Below are positions 54,519 through 64,000 of a stretch of 64,000 nt of DNA, piece after piece. A model generated the notes under the pieces. The model ran no database searches and was not told where the DNA came from. It saw only the letters and a program-made list of their open reading frames with translations. The stretch is from Clostridia bacterium. GTDB lineage: Bacteria; Bacillota; Clostridia; Oscillospirales; Acutalibacteraceae. A program made the translations under genes and the position numbers. The stretch is from assembly GCA_017481115.1 (NCBI GenBank), contig JAFUPP010000039.1, positions 1-64,000 on the forward strand. The letters run 5' to 3'. The first letter of the stretch is position 1; every line of letters starts with the position of its first letter.

Positions 54519-55229
54519 ATGCTTACGGCGGTCGTCAATTCCTTAACGGTACTTATGGGCGGCTTTTTGGGTCTGCTTTTGAAAAAGGGAATCCCACAGC
54601 GTTTTGAAAAGGCTATAATGACCTCCCTTGGTCTTTGCGTTATGTATATCGGTATTTCGGGCGCATTAAAGGGTGAAAATCAGATCGTTATTGTAATATC
54701 TATGGTGCTTGGTGTGATTTTGGGCACACTTATTGATATAGATAAGCGTATAGAAGATCTGAGTAACTTTATAGAAACAAAATTCAACAAAAATAAAACC
54801 GCAAAGGTATCGATCGCACAGGGCTTTATGGCGGCAAGTCTGCTCTTTTGCGTCGGTGCAATGACGGTTACCGGCTCGATTGAAGCAGGGCTTGGAATCA
54901 AGGAGGGCTACACCACCGTTTATACAAAATCCGCCATTGACTTTGTAAGTGCTACGGTTCTTGCCTCAAGCCTTGGTGTAGGTGTATGCTTTTCAAGTGT
55001 TTTCGTTCTTGTTTTTCAAGGTTCGCTTTGTCTTTTGGCATCGGTTTTACAGCCGCTCCTTGTAGGTTCGGCATTAAACGAGCTTATTTCGGTGGGTTCG
55101 CTTATGATACTTGCTTTAGGCTTTAATATGGTGGGTATCACCAAAATAAAGGTGGCTAATATGATGCCCGCCTTAATATTTGCTCCTGCGGTCAGTTATC
55201 TTGCAGGTTACATCACTTCGCTGTTTTGA
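54519..55229 (+). CDS. DUF554 family membrane protein
   Basis: MLTAVVNSLTVLMGGFLGLLLKKGIPQRFEKAIMTSLGLCVMYIGISGAL is a DUF554/YqgA-like N-terminus. The ATG at 54519 follows AAGAGGTG. Confidence 0.75.
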   Translation: MLTAVVNSLTVLMGGFLGLLLKKGIPQRFEKAIMTSLGLCVMYIGISGALKGENQIVIVISMVLGVILGTLIDIDKRIEDLSNFIETKFNKNKTAKVSIAQGFMAASLLFCVGAMTVTGSIEAGLGIKEGYTTVYTKSAIDFVSATVLASSLGVGVCFSSVFVLVFQGSLCLLASVLQPLLVGSALNELISVGSLMILALGFNMVGITKIKVANMMPALIFAPAVSYLAGYITSLF

Positions 55230-55237
55230 GGTTAAAT

Positions 55238-55786
55238 ATGGAAAATATTAAAAATCAGGCATTTATTGCCGCAAAGGAAATTATAGAGATTGCCCGTCTT
55301 AAAAGCGGCTCGGTCTTGGTGGTGGGCTGTTCGTCGAGCGAGGCAGCAGGTAAAAAGATAGGCACCTATTCGAGCATTGAGGTTGCCTCTGCCATATTTG
55401 AGGGCATATACTCCGCCTGTAAACAAGCCAATGTGTATATTGCTGCTCAGTGCTGTGAGCATCTTAACCGTGCTATCATTATAGAAAATCAGCTTTTGGA
55501 GAAAAAGGGACTGGACGAGGTAAACGTCATTCCCAAAGAAAAGGCGGGCGGAAGCTTTGCTACCGTTTGCTATCGCAGTTTTTCGGATCCAAGGGCGGTT
55601 GAAGGCATAAAGGCGGATGCAGGTCTTGACATAGGCGATACCCTTATAGGTATGCATTTAAAGGCGGTTGCGGTTCCCGTAAGGCTGAGCATTGATAAAA
55701 TAGGCGAAGCACATCTTACCGCCGCGAGAGTCAGACCAAAATTCATAGGCGGTGAACGTGCCGTTTACGATGATACCAAAATGTAA
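55238..55786 (+). CDS. TIGR01440 (DUF436) family protein
   Basis: GSVLVVGCSSSEAAGKKIG...QCCEHLNRA motifs. The ATG at 55238 follows GAGGT. Confidence 0.7.
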   Translation: MENIKNQAFIAAKEIIEIARLKSGSVLVVGCSSSEAAGKKIGTYSSIEVASAIFEGIYSACKQANVYIAAQCCEHLNRAIIIENQLLEKKGLDEVNVIPKEKAGGSFATVCYRSFSDPRAVEGIKADAGLDIGDTLIGMHLKAVAVPVRLSIDKIGEAHLTAARVRPKFIGGERAVYDDTKM

Positions 55787-55789
55787 TAG

Positions 55790-55830
55790 ATAGAAGGCTT
55801 GAGAAATCAAGCCTTCTTTTTTGTTTTTCC
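55790..55830. terminator. Bidirectional terminator
   Basis: AGAAGGCTTGA-gaaa-TCAAGCCTTCT followed by TTTTTTGTTTTT. Confidence 0.8.
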
Positions 55831-56817
55831 TAATGTAAAGGGTAAATATCTGTTTGTAAAAAGTATTACGGGATACATCAAAAGCATAACACCCACCGCA
55901 CATAAAAACCATACGGTATATGAAAAGTCGGGCTTGAACAGTTTGATTATTTGTATGAACAGTTGGTTGAAGATTAGTATCTGAAGTGAGTTTCGTCCGT
56001 AAAACAAAGGTATTCTTATTATCCTTTCGGGCAGACGGCAAAGATGATACGAAATAAGTATCACCGCAAGGGATAATGTCACCGCCGACAGATAAAAAAG
56101 TATTTGGTTATTAAACTGCATTATGCGAAGATTTACGTAGCCGTTAAAATATGCCGCAGTAATGCCGACTCCAAGCAGTAAGACCAATGTTGCGGGTGAA
56201 AGTGCAGCCGCCTTTAGCCTTTTTGAAAGGCACGGTGCTATGAGGTTTGGTATAAGCCATCCCACCATAAAAAACGCAGAGGAGGAAAGGGCAACATCAA
56301 CTGCCAGCGGCAGTCTTACGGGTAAAACGTAAGGCAGGGCCACTCCGACAATCGCCAATAATACCGTTGATACATAAAGCATAGCTTTACTCTTTTTAAA
56401 GGCGGTTATCACAAAAAATGAAATTACCGCCGCAAAAAACATTGCCGTCAAAAACCATTGCACAGTACAAAAGGGGGAATATTCGGCATTTGAATAAAAG
56501 AGATAATACGCAAATTTATCAAGCGGATACACTCTTGTCTTATCAAAGCACCAAAAGAATATTTGCCACATCAAAAACAGTACCGCCGCCCAGAAAAAAT
56601 AGGGAATGATGAGCGACCTTATCCTCTTTTTGACAAAGGGGACGGCTTTTGTGTTTTTAGCCTGATTAAAGCACCATCCCGACACCATAAAGAATACCGG
56701 CATATGAAAGGCGTGAACGATGCTGTCAAAGGTATGGGGCACACTCGTATGGCAGATAACCATTAAAAAGACCGCCAAAAACTTGGTCATATCCAAAAAA
56801 TCCAATCTTTTTTGCAC
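55807..56817 (-). CDS. Acyltransferase family 3 membrane protein
   Basis: The GTG start at 56817 is preceded by AGAGGTG. KRLDFLDMTKFLAVFLMVICH is the typical acyltransferase_3 N-terminus. Confidence 0.75.
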   Translation of the reverse strand: MQKRLDFLDMTKFLAVFLMVICHTSVPHTFDSIVHAFHMPVFFMVSGWCFNQAKNTKAVPFVKKRIRSLIIPYFFWAAVLFLMWQIFFWCFDKTRVYPLDKFAYYLFYSNAEYSPFCTVQWFLTAMFFAAVISFFVITAFKKSKAMLYVSTVLLAIVGVALPYVLPVRLPLAVDVALSSSAFFMVGWLIPNLIAPCLSKRLKAAALSPATLVLLLGVGITAAYFNGYVNLRIMQFNNQILFYLSAVTLSLAVILISYHLCRLPERIIRIPLFYGRNSLQILIFNQLFIQIIKLFKPDFSYTVWFLCAVGVMLLMYPVILFTNRYLPFTLGKTKKKA

Positions 56818-56960
56818 CCTATCACCTCTTTTTGAAAATTATAGCATAACCTTTCCCTTTCGTAAACGATTTTTTATCCCAAAATCGTTATTCCTCATTG
56901 TAAATGAGAGCTTTTGGTGTTATAATGTAGGTTGATAAATTTTTGCTTTTTGAGGCGGTT

Positions 56961-58298
56961 ATGAAAAAGGGTATAAAGTATAATTATACGTTAAAGATTG
57001 CGCTGAGTTTTATTGCCATAATACTGCTCGGTACGTTGCTTCTTTGTCTGCCCGTATCCTCACAGGACGGCAGCTTTACCTCCCCCATTGACTGTCTTTT
57101 TACCGCCACAAGCTCCACCTGTGTAACCGGTCTTATTACACTTAATACCGCAACACATTGGTCACTCTTTGGCAAGGCGGTCATTTTATGTATGATACAG
57201 CTTGGCGGCCTTTCGTTTATGTCGGTCGCGGCTCTCTTTATTATGTTTTTGAAACGCCGTATCTCCGCCTCCAACCGCAAGATACTTATGCAGTCTGCCG
57301 GTGCGATGGAGCTTTCCTCTCCCCGCACAATGATAAAGCGTATATTTATCGGCACGGCCTTGTTTGAGGGTATAGGCGCCGTGCTTTTATCCATACGTTT
57401 TATTTCACAGTTTGGTGTAATAAAGGGTATCTGGTATTCGGTGTTCCATTCGGTAAGTGCATTTTGTAACGCGGGATTTGACCTTTTGGGGTACGATACA
57501 CCCTTTGTCTCCCTCACCGCATATCAAAACGATTATCTCGTTTTATCGGTCATTGCAATGCTTGTAGTGGTAGGCGGTATAGGATTTATTATCTGGGGAG
57601 ACGTTGCAAAATACCGTTTTAAATTCAAAAAATACTCCCTTCACTCAAAGCTTTGCCTTAGCATAACGGCGGCACTTCTTTTGACGGGCACACTTTTGAC
57701 CCTTTTATTTGAGTATAACGGGGTCTTAAAGGATATGAATATTTTTGAAAAGATATATCATTCCTTCTTTCAGTCGGTAACACTTCGTACCGCCGGATTT
57801 AATGCCATTGATCAGGCATCGCTTACAGAGGCGACCAAGACCTTTTCAAGCGTATTTATGCTTATAGGCGGATGTCCCGGTTCTACGGCGGGCGGAATTA
57901 AGACCACCACCTTTTTTGTGGTGCTTTTAAACATTGTAGCCTCCACCCGAAAAAACACTGACGTTGTGGTTTTCAAACGTCGTATAGATTCCGAAACGGT
58001 GCGACAGGCCTGTGCAGTAGTGTTTGTTTATATATCAATGGTGGTGGTATCCACCGTTACGATATGCGGTATTGAGGGACTCCCCTTAAGCTCGGTGCTT
58101 TACGAGACCGCCTCGGCAATAGGTACGGTAGGTCTTACGGTGGGCATAACACCCCATCTTTCAACCTTGAGCCATCTGCTGCTTACGGTCATGATGTTTG
58201 CGGGAAGAATTGGAGGACTTAGTCTTGTTACCATTCTGGAACGCAAACAACAAAAAGCTGACATTCAACGCCCGACGGCGAAAATTTTAATAGGATAG
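56961..58298 (+). CDS. ktrB: TrkH/KtrB family potassium transporter
   Basis: Repeated M-P-M selectivity segments (LITLNTATHWSLFG, CNAGFDLLGYD). The ATG at 56961 follows GAGG. Confidence 0.85.
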   Translation: MKKGIKYNYTLKIALSFIAIILLGTLLLCLPVSSQDGSFTSPIDCLFTATSSTCVTGLITLNTATHWSLFGKAVILCMIQLGGLSFMSVAALFIMFLKRRISASNRKILMQSAGAMELSSPRTMIKRIFIGTALFEGIGAVLLSIRFISQFGVIKGIWYSVFHSVSAFCNAGFDLLGYDTPFVSLTAYQNDYLVLSVIAMLVVVGGIGFIIWGDVAKYRFKFKKYSLHSKLCLSITAALLLTGTLLTLLFEYNGVLKDMNIFEKIYHSFFQSVTLRTAGFNAIDQASLTEATKTFSSVFMLIGGCPGSTAGGIKTTTFFVVLLNIVASTRKNTDVVVFKRRIDSETVRQACAVVFVYISMVVVSTVTICGIEGLPLSSVLYETASAIGTVGLTVGITPHLSTLSHLLLTVMMFAGRIGGLSLVTILERKQQKADIQRPTAKILIG

Positions 58299-58305
58299 TG
58301 ATAAT

Positions 58306-58959
58306 ATGAAATCTATACTTGTAATAGGAATGGGAAAGTTTGGCATCCACCTTGCGAAAAAGCTGGTAACGCTTGGCAACGATGTTGTTATTATAGACAA
58401 TGATCCCGTAACCATCGGTGCGCTTGAGGGGGATTTTGCCGATGCACAGATCGGCGACTGCACCAACGAAAATGTTATAAAAAGCCTTGGTGTAGACGAG
58501 TTTGATATCTGTATAGTTGCCATCGGCGACGATTTTCAGTCCTCACTCGTTGTTACCTCGCATCTTAAAAAGCACGGAGCAAAGTATATAGTATCAAAGG
58601 CAACTCAAGACATTCAGGCACAGCTTTTAAAGGCCATCGGCGCAAACGAGATAGTCTATCCCGAAAAGGATGTAGCCGAATCCCTTGCGGTGCGCTTTAA
58701 TGCCGAAAACGTCTTTGATTTTGTTCCCCTTACCGACGAATTTGCACTGGTAGAGATACCCATTCTGTCTAATTGGGTGGGTAAGACCATAATCCAAACC
58801 AATGTCAGAAAGCTTTACAACATAAACATCATCGCCATAAAAAAGGGTGCGAACATATTTATGCCCACCCCTTCTTATAAATTCTCAAAGGGTGATCATA
58901 TAGTAGTATTCGGTTATGCCGACGACGCATTTAAACTTTCAAAAGAGGCAAAGAATTAG
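58306..58959 (+). CDS. ktrA: TrkA/KtrA regulatory subunit (RCK_N plus RCK_C)
   Basis: MKSILVIGMGKFGIHLAKKL Rossmann fold plus a C-terminal TrkA_C domain. It lies 8 nt after ktrB. Confidence 0.85.
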   Translation: MKSILVIGMGKFGIHLAKKLVTLGNDVVIIDNDPVTIGALEGDFADAQIGDCTNENVIKSLGVDEFDICIVAIGDDFQSSLVVTSHLKKHGAKYIVSKATQDIQAQLLKAIGANEIVYPEKDVAESLAVRFNAENVFDFVPLTDEFALVEIPILSNWVGKTIIQTNVRKLYNINIIAIKKGANIFMPTPSYKFSKGDHIVVFGYADDAFKLSKEAKN

Positions 58960-58960
58960 T

Positions 58961-59635
58961 ATGGAAGAAAAAATTATTCAGATAACCGAAGAGGAGCTGG
59001 AGCTTGAGGACTATCTTGATATGAGGATAGCCGTAAGAGCCTGGGGCGACTCGCTTATTAAAAACGATAAAATGCTCATTTTCGTTTCGGATTGTGCACT
59101 CGACGAATGGGCGGATAAAAACAGGTTTTTTGACGTATCGGAGCTTCCCATCAGGGTAATGACCTTCGGCAGTGCCGTAAACCACGCATTAAATGCGAAG
59201 GTCAGCGGTATCGAGATACTTGGATTTTATGACGATATGTCATTTTTATCCTCATCCGAGCTAAAAAAGACCTCGGCTCTTGTAAAAAACTATATGGCTT
59301 TGGAGTCGTTGCAGATAAACCCCGATGAGATAAAGAGGGTTGCTCGTCAGATACGTGAGAATGAGGTGTATATTCACGGCACACTTCCCACCGACTACCG
59401 CGAGGGTGACCGTTTCGGCACCGAGACCATGAAGCGTGAGAAGGATGGCACCGAATACACCGCCGTTCCCGTCTTTTTGTCGGAACGTTCGGCAGTAAAG
59501 CAGAATCCCAACGATGCTCCCGTAAACAAGTGTAAGCTTTGCGATGTCGCATTTATGTACCGCACCATGTTTAAGCTGTTTTTAGAGCCCTACAAGCGTT
59601 ATGGCTTTGAAATGGATCCGGAGGATATTTTATAG
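58961..59635 (+). CDS. Hypothetical protein (224 aa)
   Basis: RBS AAAGAGG. Reasonable codon structure. No domain I recognise. Confidence 0.55.
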   Translation: MEEKIIQITEEELELEDYLDMRIAVRAWGDSLIKNDKMLIFVSDCALDEWADKNRFFDVSELPIRVMTFGSAVNHALNAKVSGIEILGFYDDMSFLSSSELKKTSALVKNYMALESLQINPDEIKRVARQIRENEVYIHGTLPTDYREGDRFGTETMKREKDGTEYTAVPVFLSERSAVKQNPNDAPVNKCKLCDVAFMYRTMFKLFLEPYKRYGFEMDPEDIL

Positions 59636-59636
59636 T

Positions 59637-60428
59637 ATGAGCATAAAGGTGAATCTTCACGCACATACCTTTCGTTGCGGTCACGCAAAGGGCAGCGAGG
59701 AGGAGTATATTCAACGGGCAATGCAAAACGGCATAGAGATAATGGGCTTTTCGGATCATATGCCATTTTTATTCCCAAACGGATATCAATCGGGTTATCG
59801 CGTAAAGGTTGAGGATGCAAAAGATTATATCGATTGCCTTCAAAAGCTTAAGAAGAAGTATGAGGGTAAGATAGACATCCGCATCGGCTTTGAAATGGAG
59901 TATTATACCGATCATTTTAAGGATATGTTCAACTACGCAAAAAAGCTTAATGCCGAATATCTGATTTTGGGTGAGCATTTTCCCTCATACGAGGACGGCA
60001 GATTTGAGTATGCAGGTGTTCCCACCAAAAACGAGGAGGCACTGCGTTCATATGTTGACGGCTGCATAGCAGGTATAAATTCGGGTGTTTTCACCTATGT
60101 TGCACATCCCGATGTATTCAACTTCGTAGGCGACAAAGAGCTATACTCATCCGAAATGAAGCGTCTTTGTATTGCAGCTAAAAATGCGGACATCCCGCTT
60201 GAAATAAACTTTTTAGGTATAAGAAGCAACCGCCACTATCCAAATCCGCTTTTCTGGCAGATAGCAGGAGAGGTCGGATGCAATGCGGTGTACGGCTTTG
60301 ATGCACACTCTCCCCTTCCCGCATATGACGGTCAAAGTGAAGAAGCGGCAAAAAGAATAATAGATCAAAACAATTTAACACTTATTGAATATCCCAAAAT
60401 TATTGACATACAAGGAGTAACATTATGA
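59637..60428 (+). CDS. PHP-domain phosphoesterase (HisJ-family histidinol-phosphatase-like)
   Basis: LHAHTFRCGHAKGS...MGFSDHMPF... is a PHP metal-binding pattern. GGAGG upstream. Confidence 0.75.
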   Translation: MSIKVNLHAHTFRCGHAKGSEEEYIQRAMQNGIEIMGFSDHMPFLFPNGYQSGYRVKVEDAKDYIDCLQKLKKKYEGKIDIRIGFEMEYYTDHFKDMFNYAKKLNAEYLILGEHFPSYEDGRFEYAGVPTKNEEALRSYVDGCIAGINSGVFTYVAHPDVFNFVGDKELYSSEMKRLCIAAKNADIPLEINFLGIRSNRHYPNPLFWQIAGEVGCNAVYGFDAHSPLPAYDGQSEEAAKRIIDQNNLTLIEYPKIIDIQGVTL

Positions 60429-60943
60429 AAAATCCTATTGTAACATTTGAACTTTCAACAGGCAAAAAAATCACCGCAGAGCTTTACCCCGATATTGCTC
60501 CCAACACCGTAAAGAACTTTGTTTCACTTGTAAACAAGGGCTTTTATGACGGAATCATTTTTCACCGCTGCATCGCAGGGTTTATGATTCAGGGCGGAGA
60601 TCCCACAGGTACGGGTATGGGCGGTCCCGGATATTCCATTAAGGGCGAGTTTGCCGCAAACGGCTTTGAAAACGACCTTTCACACAAAAGGGGAGTTCTT
60701 TCAATGGCAAGGGCACAGGATCCCAATTCCGCAGGAAGCCAGTTTTTCATTATGCACGAGGATGCATTTTATCTTGACAGACAGTATGCCGCATTTGGTT
60801 GTGTTACCGACGGCATTGAGGCGGTTGACGAGATATGTGAGCTTCCCACCGACTATGCCGACAGACCCTATGAGGATGTTTCAATGGTAAAGGTCACCGT
60901 TGACACCTTCGGTGAGACCTTTGACGAGCCGGAGAAGATGTAA
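60425..60943 (+). CDS. ppiB: Peptidyl-prolyl cis-trans isomerase, cyclophilin type
   Basis: FHRCIAGFMIQGGDPTGTGMGGPGY...SMARAQDPNSAGSQFFI. Confidence 0.9.
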   Translation: MKNPIVTFELSTGKKITAELYPDIAPNTVKNFVSLVNKGFYDGIIFHRCIAGFMIQGGDPTGTGMGGPGYSIKGEFAANGFENDLSHKRGVLSMARAQDPNSAGSQFFIMHEDAFYLDRQYAAFGCVTDGIEAVDEICELPTDYADRPYEDVSMVKVTVDTFGETFDEPEKM

Positions 60944-61488
60944 TGGAGCTTAAGGAAATACAAAAGACAAGACAGCACATATATAAGGGTATGGTGTTTG
61001 ATCTTTATCACGACACCGTGACCCTTCCCGACGGAAATGAGGCGGGTAGAGACTGTGTTTATCATAACGGCGGTGCGGCGGTGGTCGCCCTTACAAATGA
61101 GGATGAGATCCTTTTTGTAAAACAGTTTCGTTATGTCTGCGGTGAGGAGACTCTTGAGCTCCCCGCAGGAAAGCTGGACAGTAAGGATGAGGATCCCACC
61201 AAGGCCGCCATCCGTGAGTTAAAGGAGGAGACGGGAGCCGTTGCAAAGCATTTTGTAAAGATCGGTGAATGCTACTCCACCCCCGGCTTTTGTAATGAAA
61301 GGATACATCTTTACTTTGCAAAGGAGCTTTCCTTCGGTGAACAGCAGCTTGATGAGGAAGAATTTTTAAATGTAGTAAAGATCCCCAAAGACGATGCCGT
61401 AAGAATGGCAAAAGAGGGAAAATTTAAGGATCTTAAAACACTTGCAGGTATTTTGTACTTTGCGGCATTTGAGAATGGAGAACAATAA
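60943..61488 (+). CDS. NUDIX hydrolase (ADP-ribose pyrophosphatase-like)
   Basis: NUDIX box GKLDSKDEDPTKAAIRELKEETG. Confidence 0.85.
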   Translation: MELKEIQKTRQHIYKGMVFDLYHDTVTLPDGNEAGRDCVYHNGGAAVVALTNEDEILFVKQFRYVCGEETLELPAGKLDSKDEDPTKAAIRELKEETGAVAKHFVKIGECYSTPGFCNERIHLYFAKELSFGEQQLDEEEFLNVVKIPKDDAVRMAKEGKFKDLKTLAGILYFAAFENGEQ

Positions 61489-62252
61489 TGCGAATAGTTG
61501 TAAAGGTTGGCACCTCAACACTTGCCTATCAGACAGGACACCTTAATATCAGACATATGGAGGCCCTTTGCAGGGTATTAAGCGACCTTAAAAACTCGGG
61601 ACACGAGGTAATTTTAGTATCATCGGGTGCTATCGGTATGGGCAGAGCAAAGCTTGGTCTTAAAAAGACAGTGGATGATATGCCCGCAAAACAGGCGGCA
61701 GCGGCCGTCGGTCAGTGTGAGCTTATGTATACATATGATAAATACTTTGCAGAGTACGGTCATATCGTGGCACAGATACTTCTTACCAAAAGCGACACCG
61801 ACCATGCCGACCGTTATCAGAACTTCAAGAACACCATAAACCGTCTTTTAGAGATGGAGGTGCTTCCAATAATTAACGAAAACGACACGGTATCCACCGA
61901 AGAGATTGCGGTGGGCGACAACGACACCCTTGCGGCAATAGTTGCAACGGGTGCCGATGCAGATATGCTTATACTTTTGTCGGATATAAAGGGTCTTTAT
62001 ACCGCCGACCCGCATACCGACCCTGACGCCACCCTTATAAAAGAGGTCAATGAGCTTACCGATGAGATAAAGGCTCTCGGCAAGGGTGCAGGAACCCAGC
62101 TTGGTACCGGCGGAATGCATACAAAGCTGCACGCCGCAGAAATTTGTATGCAAAACGGCATTGATATGATAATCGCTTTGGGTGAGGACCCTGAAATTTT
62201 GTACGACGCTATCGAAAAGAAGAACGTCGGAACCTTATTTACATCGAGGTAA
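61488..62252 (+). CDS. proB: Glutamate 5-kinase (short form without a PUA domain)
   Basis: MRIVVKVGTSTLAYQTGHLNIRHMEALCRVLSDLKNSGHEVILVSSGAIGMG. Confidence 0.9.
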   Translation: MRIVVKVGTSTLAYQTGHLNIRHMEALCRVLSDLKNSGHEVILVSSGAIGMGRAKLGLKKTVDDMPAKQAAAAVGQCELMYTYDKYFAEYGHIVAQILLTKSDTDHADRYQNFKNTINRLLEMEVLPIINENDTVSTEEIAVGDNDTLAAIVATGADADMLILLSDIKGLYTADPHTDPDATLIKEVNELTDEIKALGKGAGTQLGTGGMHTKLHAAEICMQNGIDMIIALGEDPEILYDAIEKKNVGTLFTSR

Positions 62253-62254
62253 TT

Positions 62255-63502
62255 ATGACCACTAAAGAAATTCTTGAAAATGCTCTGGCAGCAAAGCCCG
62301 CCGTTTCGGTGCTGTCGACCGAGCAAAAAAACAGGGGTCTTGAATGTATGGCAGATGCACTTTGTGAGCATACAAGCGATATCATCGCCGCCAACAAAAC
62401 AGATCTTGACAACGCAAGTAAAACCGTTTCATCGGTTATGCTTGACCGTCTTATGCTTGATAAAAAGCGAATAACGGCAATGGCCGACGGTATCCGTGCC
62501 ATTAAAATGCTTGACGATCCTGTAGGTGAGGTGCTGGAAGCACGTTCGCTTTATAACGGACTGTCACTCGAAAAGAAGGCGGTGCCGGTGGGTGTTATCG
62601 CCATGATTTACGAAAGCCGTCCGAATGTTACCTCGGATGCCGCCGCACTTTGTCTTAAAAGCGGAAACGTTTGTGTGCTTCGCGGAGGTAAGGAGGCTAT
62701 CAACTCCAACAAAATGATAGTTTCGGCTTTGCGCGGGGGCCTTAAAAGGGCAGGTATTGCAGAAACGGCGGTAAACCTTGTACTCGATACCACCCGTCAA
62801 AGTGCCACCGAGCTTATGGAGGCGGTCGGCTTTGTGGATATGCTTATTCCCAGAGGCGGTGCAGGACTTATCCGTGCCTGTGTGGAAAATTCAAAGGTCC
62901 CCTGTATTCAGACGGGCTCGGGAATATGCCATATTTATGTTGACGATTCTGCCGATTTCGATATGGCACTTAATATAATCGAAAACGCCAAGACATCACG
63001 TCCGTCGGTATGTAATGCCGCAGAGGTTTGTCTTGTTAATGAAAATATTGCTAAAAGCTTTCTTCCGCTTTTGTATAAGCGTCTGGTTTTGGATCGCACC
63101 GAAAACAAGGTAACACTTATCGGAACTAAAGAGGTATGTGACATAATTGATGCCACTCCTTGTGATGAAACCTCCTTTGATACCGAGTTTTTGGACTACA
63201 TCCTTGCCGTAAAAACGGTAAAAAGCGTAAGCGAGGCTACAGAGCATATACGTATTCACTCAACCGGTCACAGTGAGGCAATAATCACACAGTCGGACAG
63301 CAGTATAGAGTATTTTACCGCCAACGTCGATTCCTCATCGGTGTATGTCAATGCATCCACCCGCTTTACCGACGGCGGCGAGTTCGGTCTTGGCTGTGAA
63401 ATGGGCATCTCTACCCAAAAGCTACACGCAAGAGGCCCTATGGGTCTTAAGGAGATGACCTCTTATAAATACATTATCCGTGGTAACGGACAGATTAGAT
63501 AG
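62255..63502 (+). CDS. proA: Glutamate-5-semialdehyde dehydrogenase
   Basis: ALDH-fold with the catalytic Cys in SRPSVCNAAEV. Operon position after proB. Confidence 0.9.
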   Translation: MTTKEILENALAAKPAVSVLSTEQKNRGLECMADALCEHTSDIIAANKTDLDNASKTVSSVMLDRLMLDKKRITAMADGIRAIKMLDDPVGEVLEARSLYNGLSLEKKAVPVGVIAMIYESRPNVTSDAAALCLKSGNVCVLRGGKEAINSNKMIVSALRGGLKRAGIAETAVNLVLDTTRQSATELMEAVGFVDMLIPRGGAGLIRACVENSKVPCIQTGSGICHIYVDDSADFDMALNIIENAKTSRPSVCNAAEVCLVNENIAKSFLPLLYKRLVLDRTENKVTLIGTKEVCDIIDATPCDETSFDTEFLDYILAVKTVKSVSEATEHIRIHSTGHSEAIITQSDSSIEYFTANVDSSSVYVNASTRFTDGGEFGLGCEMGISTQKLHARGPMGLKEMTSYKYIIRGNGQIR

Positions 63503-63510
63503 GTGATAAA

Positions 63511-64000
63511 ATGTTTGATTTCGGTTTTATAGGCTGCGGTCATATGGGAGCCATCCTTGCCGCCGCCATAGTTAAAACGGGCAGATACAGCGTCGGTGTT
63601 TCAAATGCTACCGAGGAGCTTACAAAGTCTGCCGCCCAAAAAACAGGGGCAACACCCTCCGACAACCTTACCCTCGCCAAAAGCAGTCGCTTTTTGGTAC
63701 TTGCGGTAAGACCGCAGGATCTGTCCCCCGTTATAGCAGAGATCTCCCCCTATTTAAAGGATACCGTTATAATATCCGTTCTCGCGGGGGTAACGGTAGA
63801 AAAAATCAAGGATGCCGCAGGGGATGTTCCCGTTATCCGCATTATGCCCAACACTCCTGCAACGGTGGGAGAGGGTGTTATACTCTACTCGGCAAAGGGT
63901 GTTAATAAGGATTGTGTTGACACCTTCCTTGATGCATTTTCGCTTACAGGTTCACTTTTTGCTATGGATGAAAAGGATATTGATGCAGGTTGTGCGGTAT
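63511..64000 (+). CDS. proC: Pyrroline-5-carboxylate reductase, C-terminally truncated by the window edge
   Basis: MFDFGFIGCGHMGAILAAAIV...VRPQDL... with no stop in the window. It is not in the ORF track. Confidence 0.85.
   Translation, partial: MFDFGFIGCGHMGAILAAAIVKTGRYSVGVSNATEELTKSAAQKTGATPSDNLTLAKSSRFLVLAVRPQDLSPVIAEISPYLKDTVIISVLAGVTVEKIKDAAGDVPVIRIMPNTPATVGEGVILYSAKGVNKDCVDTFLDAFSLTGSLFAMDEKDIDAGCAV

Overview
This is a 64-kb chromosomal segment from a low-GC Gram-positive anaerobe, most likely a Clostridia-class Firmicute with Oscillospiraceae/Ruminococcaceae-like gene content. Gene density is high and I see no rRNA, tRNA, CRISPR, transposase or integrase. From left to right the window holds the following. 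(1) A T-box-controlled operon in which aspS is fused in frame to gatC, followed by a catalytically degenerate gatA paralog and gatB. (2) A five-copy palindromic repeat array in the rny/aspS intergenic region. (3) RNase Y, a secreted serpin, and a DUF1836-NfeD-flotillin operon. (4) A DeoR-headed cluster for a lipoamide 2-oxoacid dehydrogenase in the order E2, E3, fused E1 alpha/beta, lplA, mtlD. (5) DUF1015, mntP, hemolysin-III and a T-box-controlled thrS that lacks the TGS domain. (6) A DUF1846 protein, a MATE transporter and a zinc-ribbon miniprotein. (7) A roughly 13-kb block of secreted phosphoesterases: an NPP/AlkP-family enzyme with LamG domains, an AraC regulator, an EEP lipoprotein, and two tandemly duplicated giant surface-protein genes, one of which carries a C-terminal EEP domain. 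(8) A housekeeping right end with a frameshifted MBL hydrolase, a U32 peptidase, a LacZ-like GH2 protein that appears to lack its catalytic glutamates, alr, rplM-rpsI, pepS, ktrAB, ppiB, a NUDIX gene and proBAC. The supplied ORF track uses ATG/GTG/TTG starts and misses genes that run off the window edge (gatB at the left, proC at the right). I refined several start codons from RBS context.
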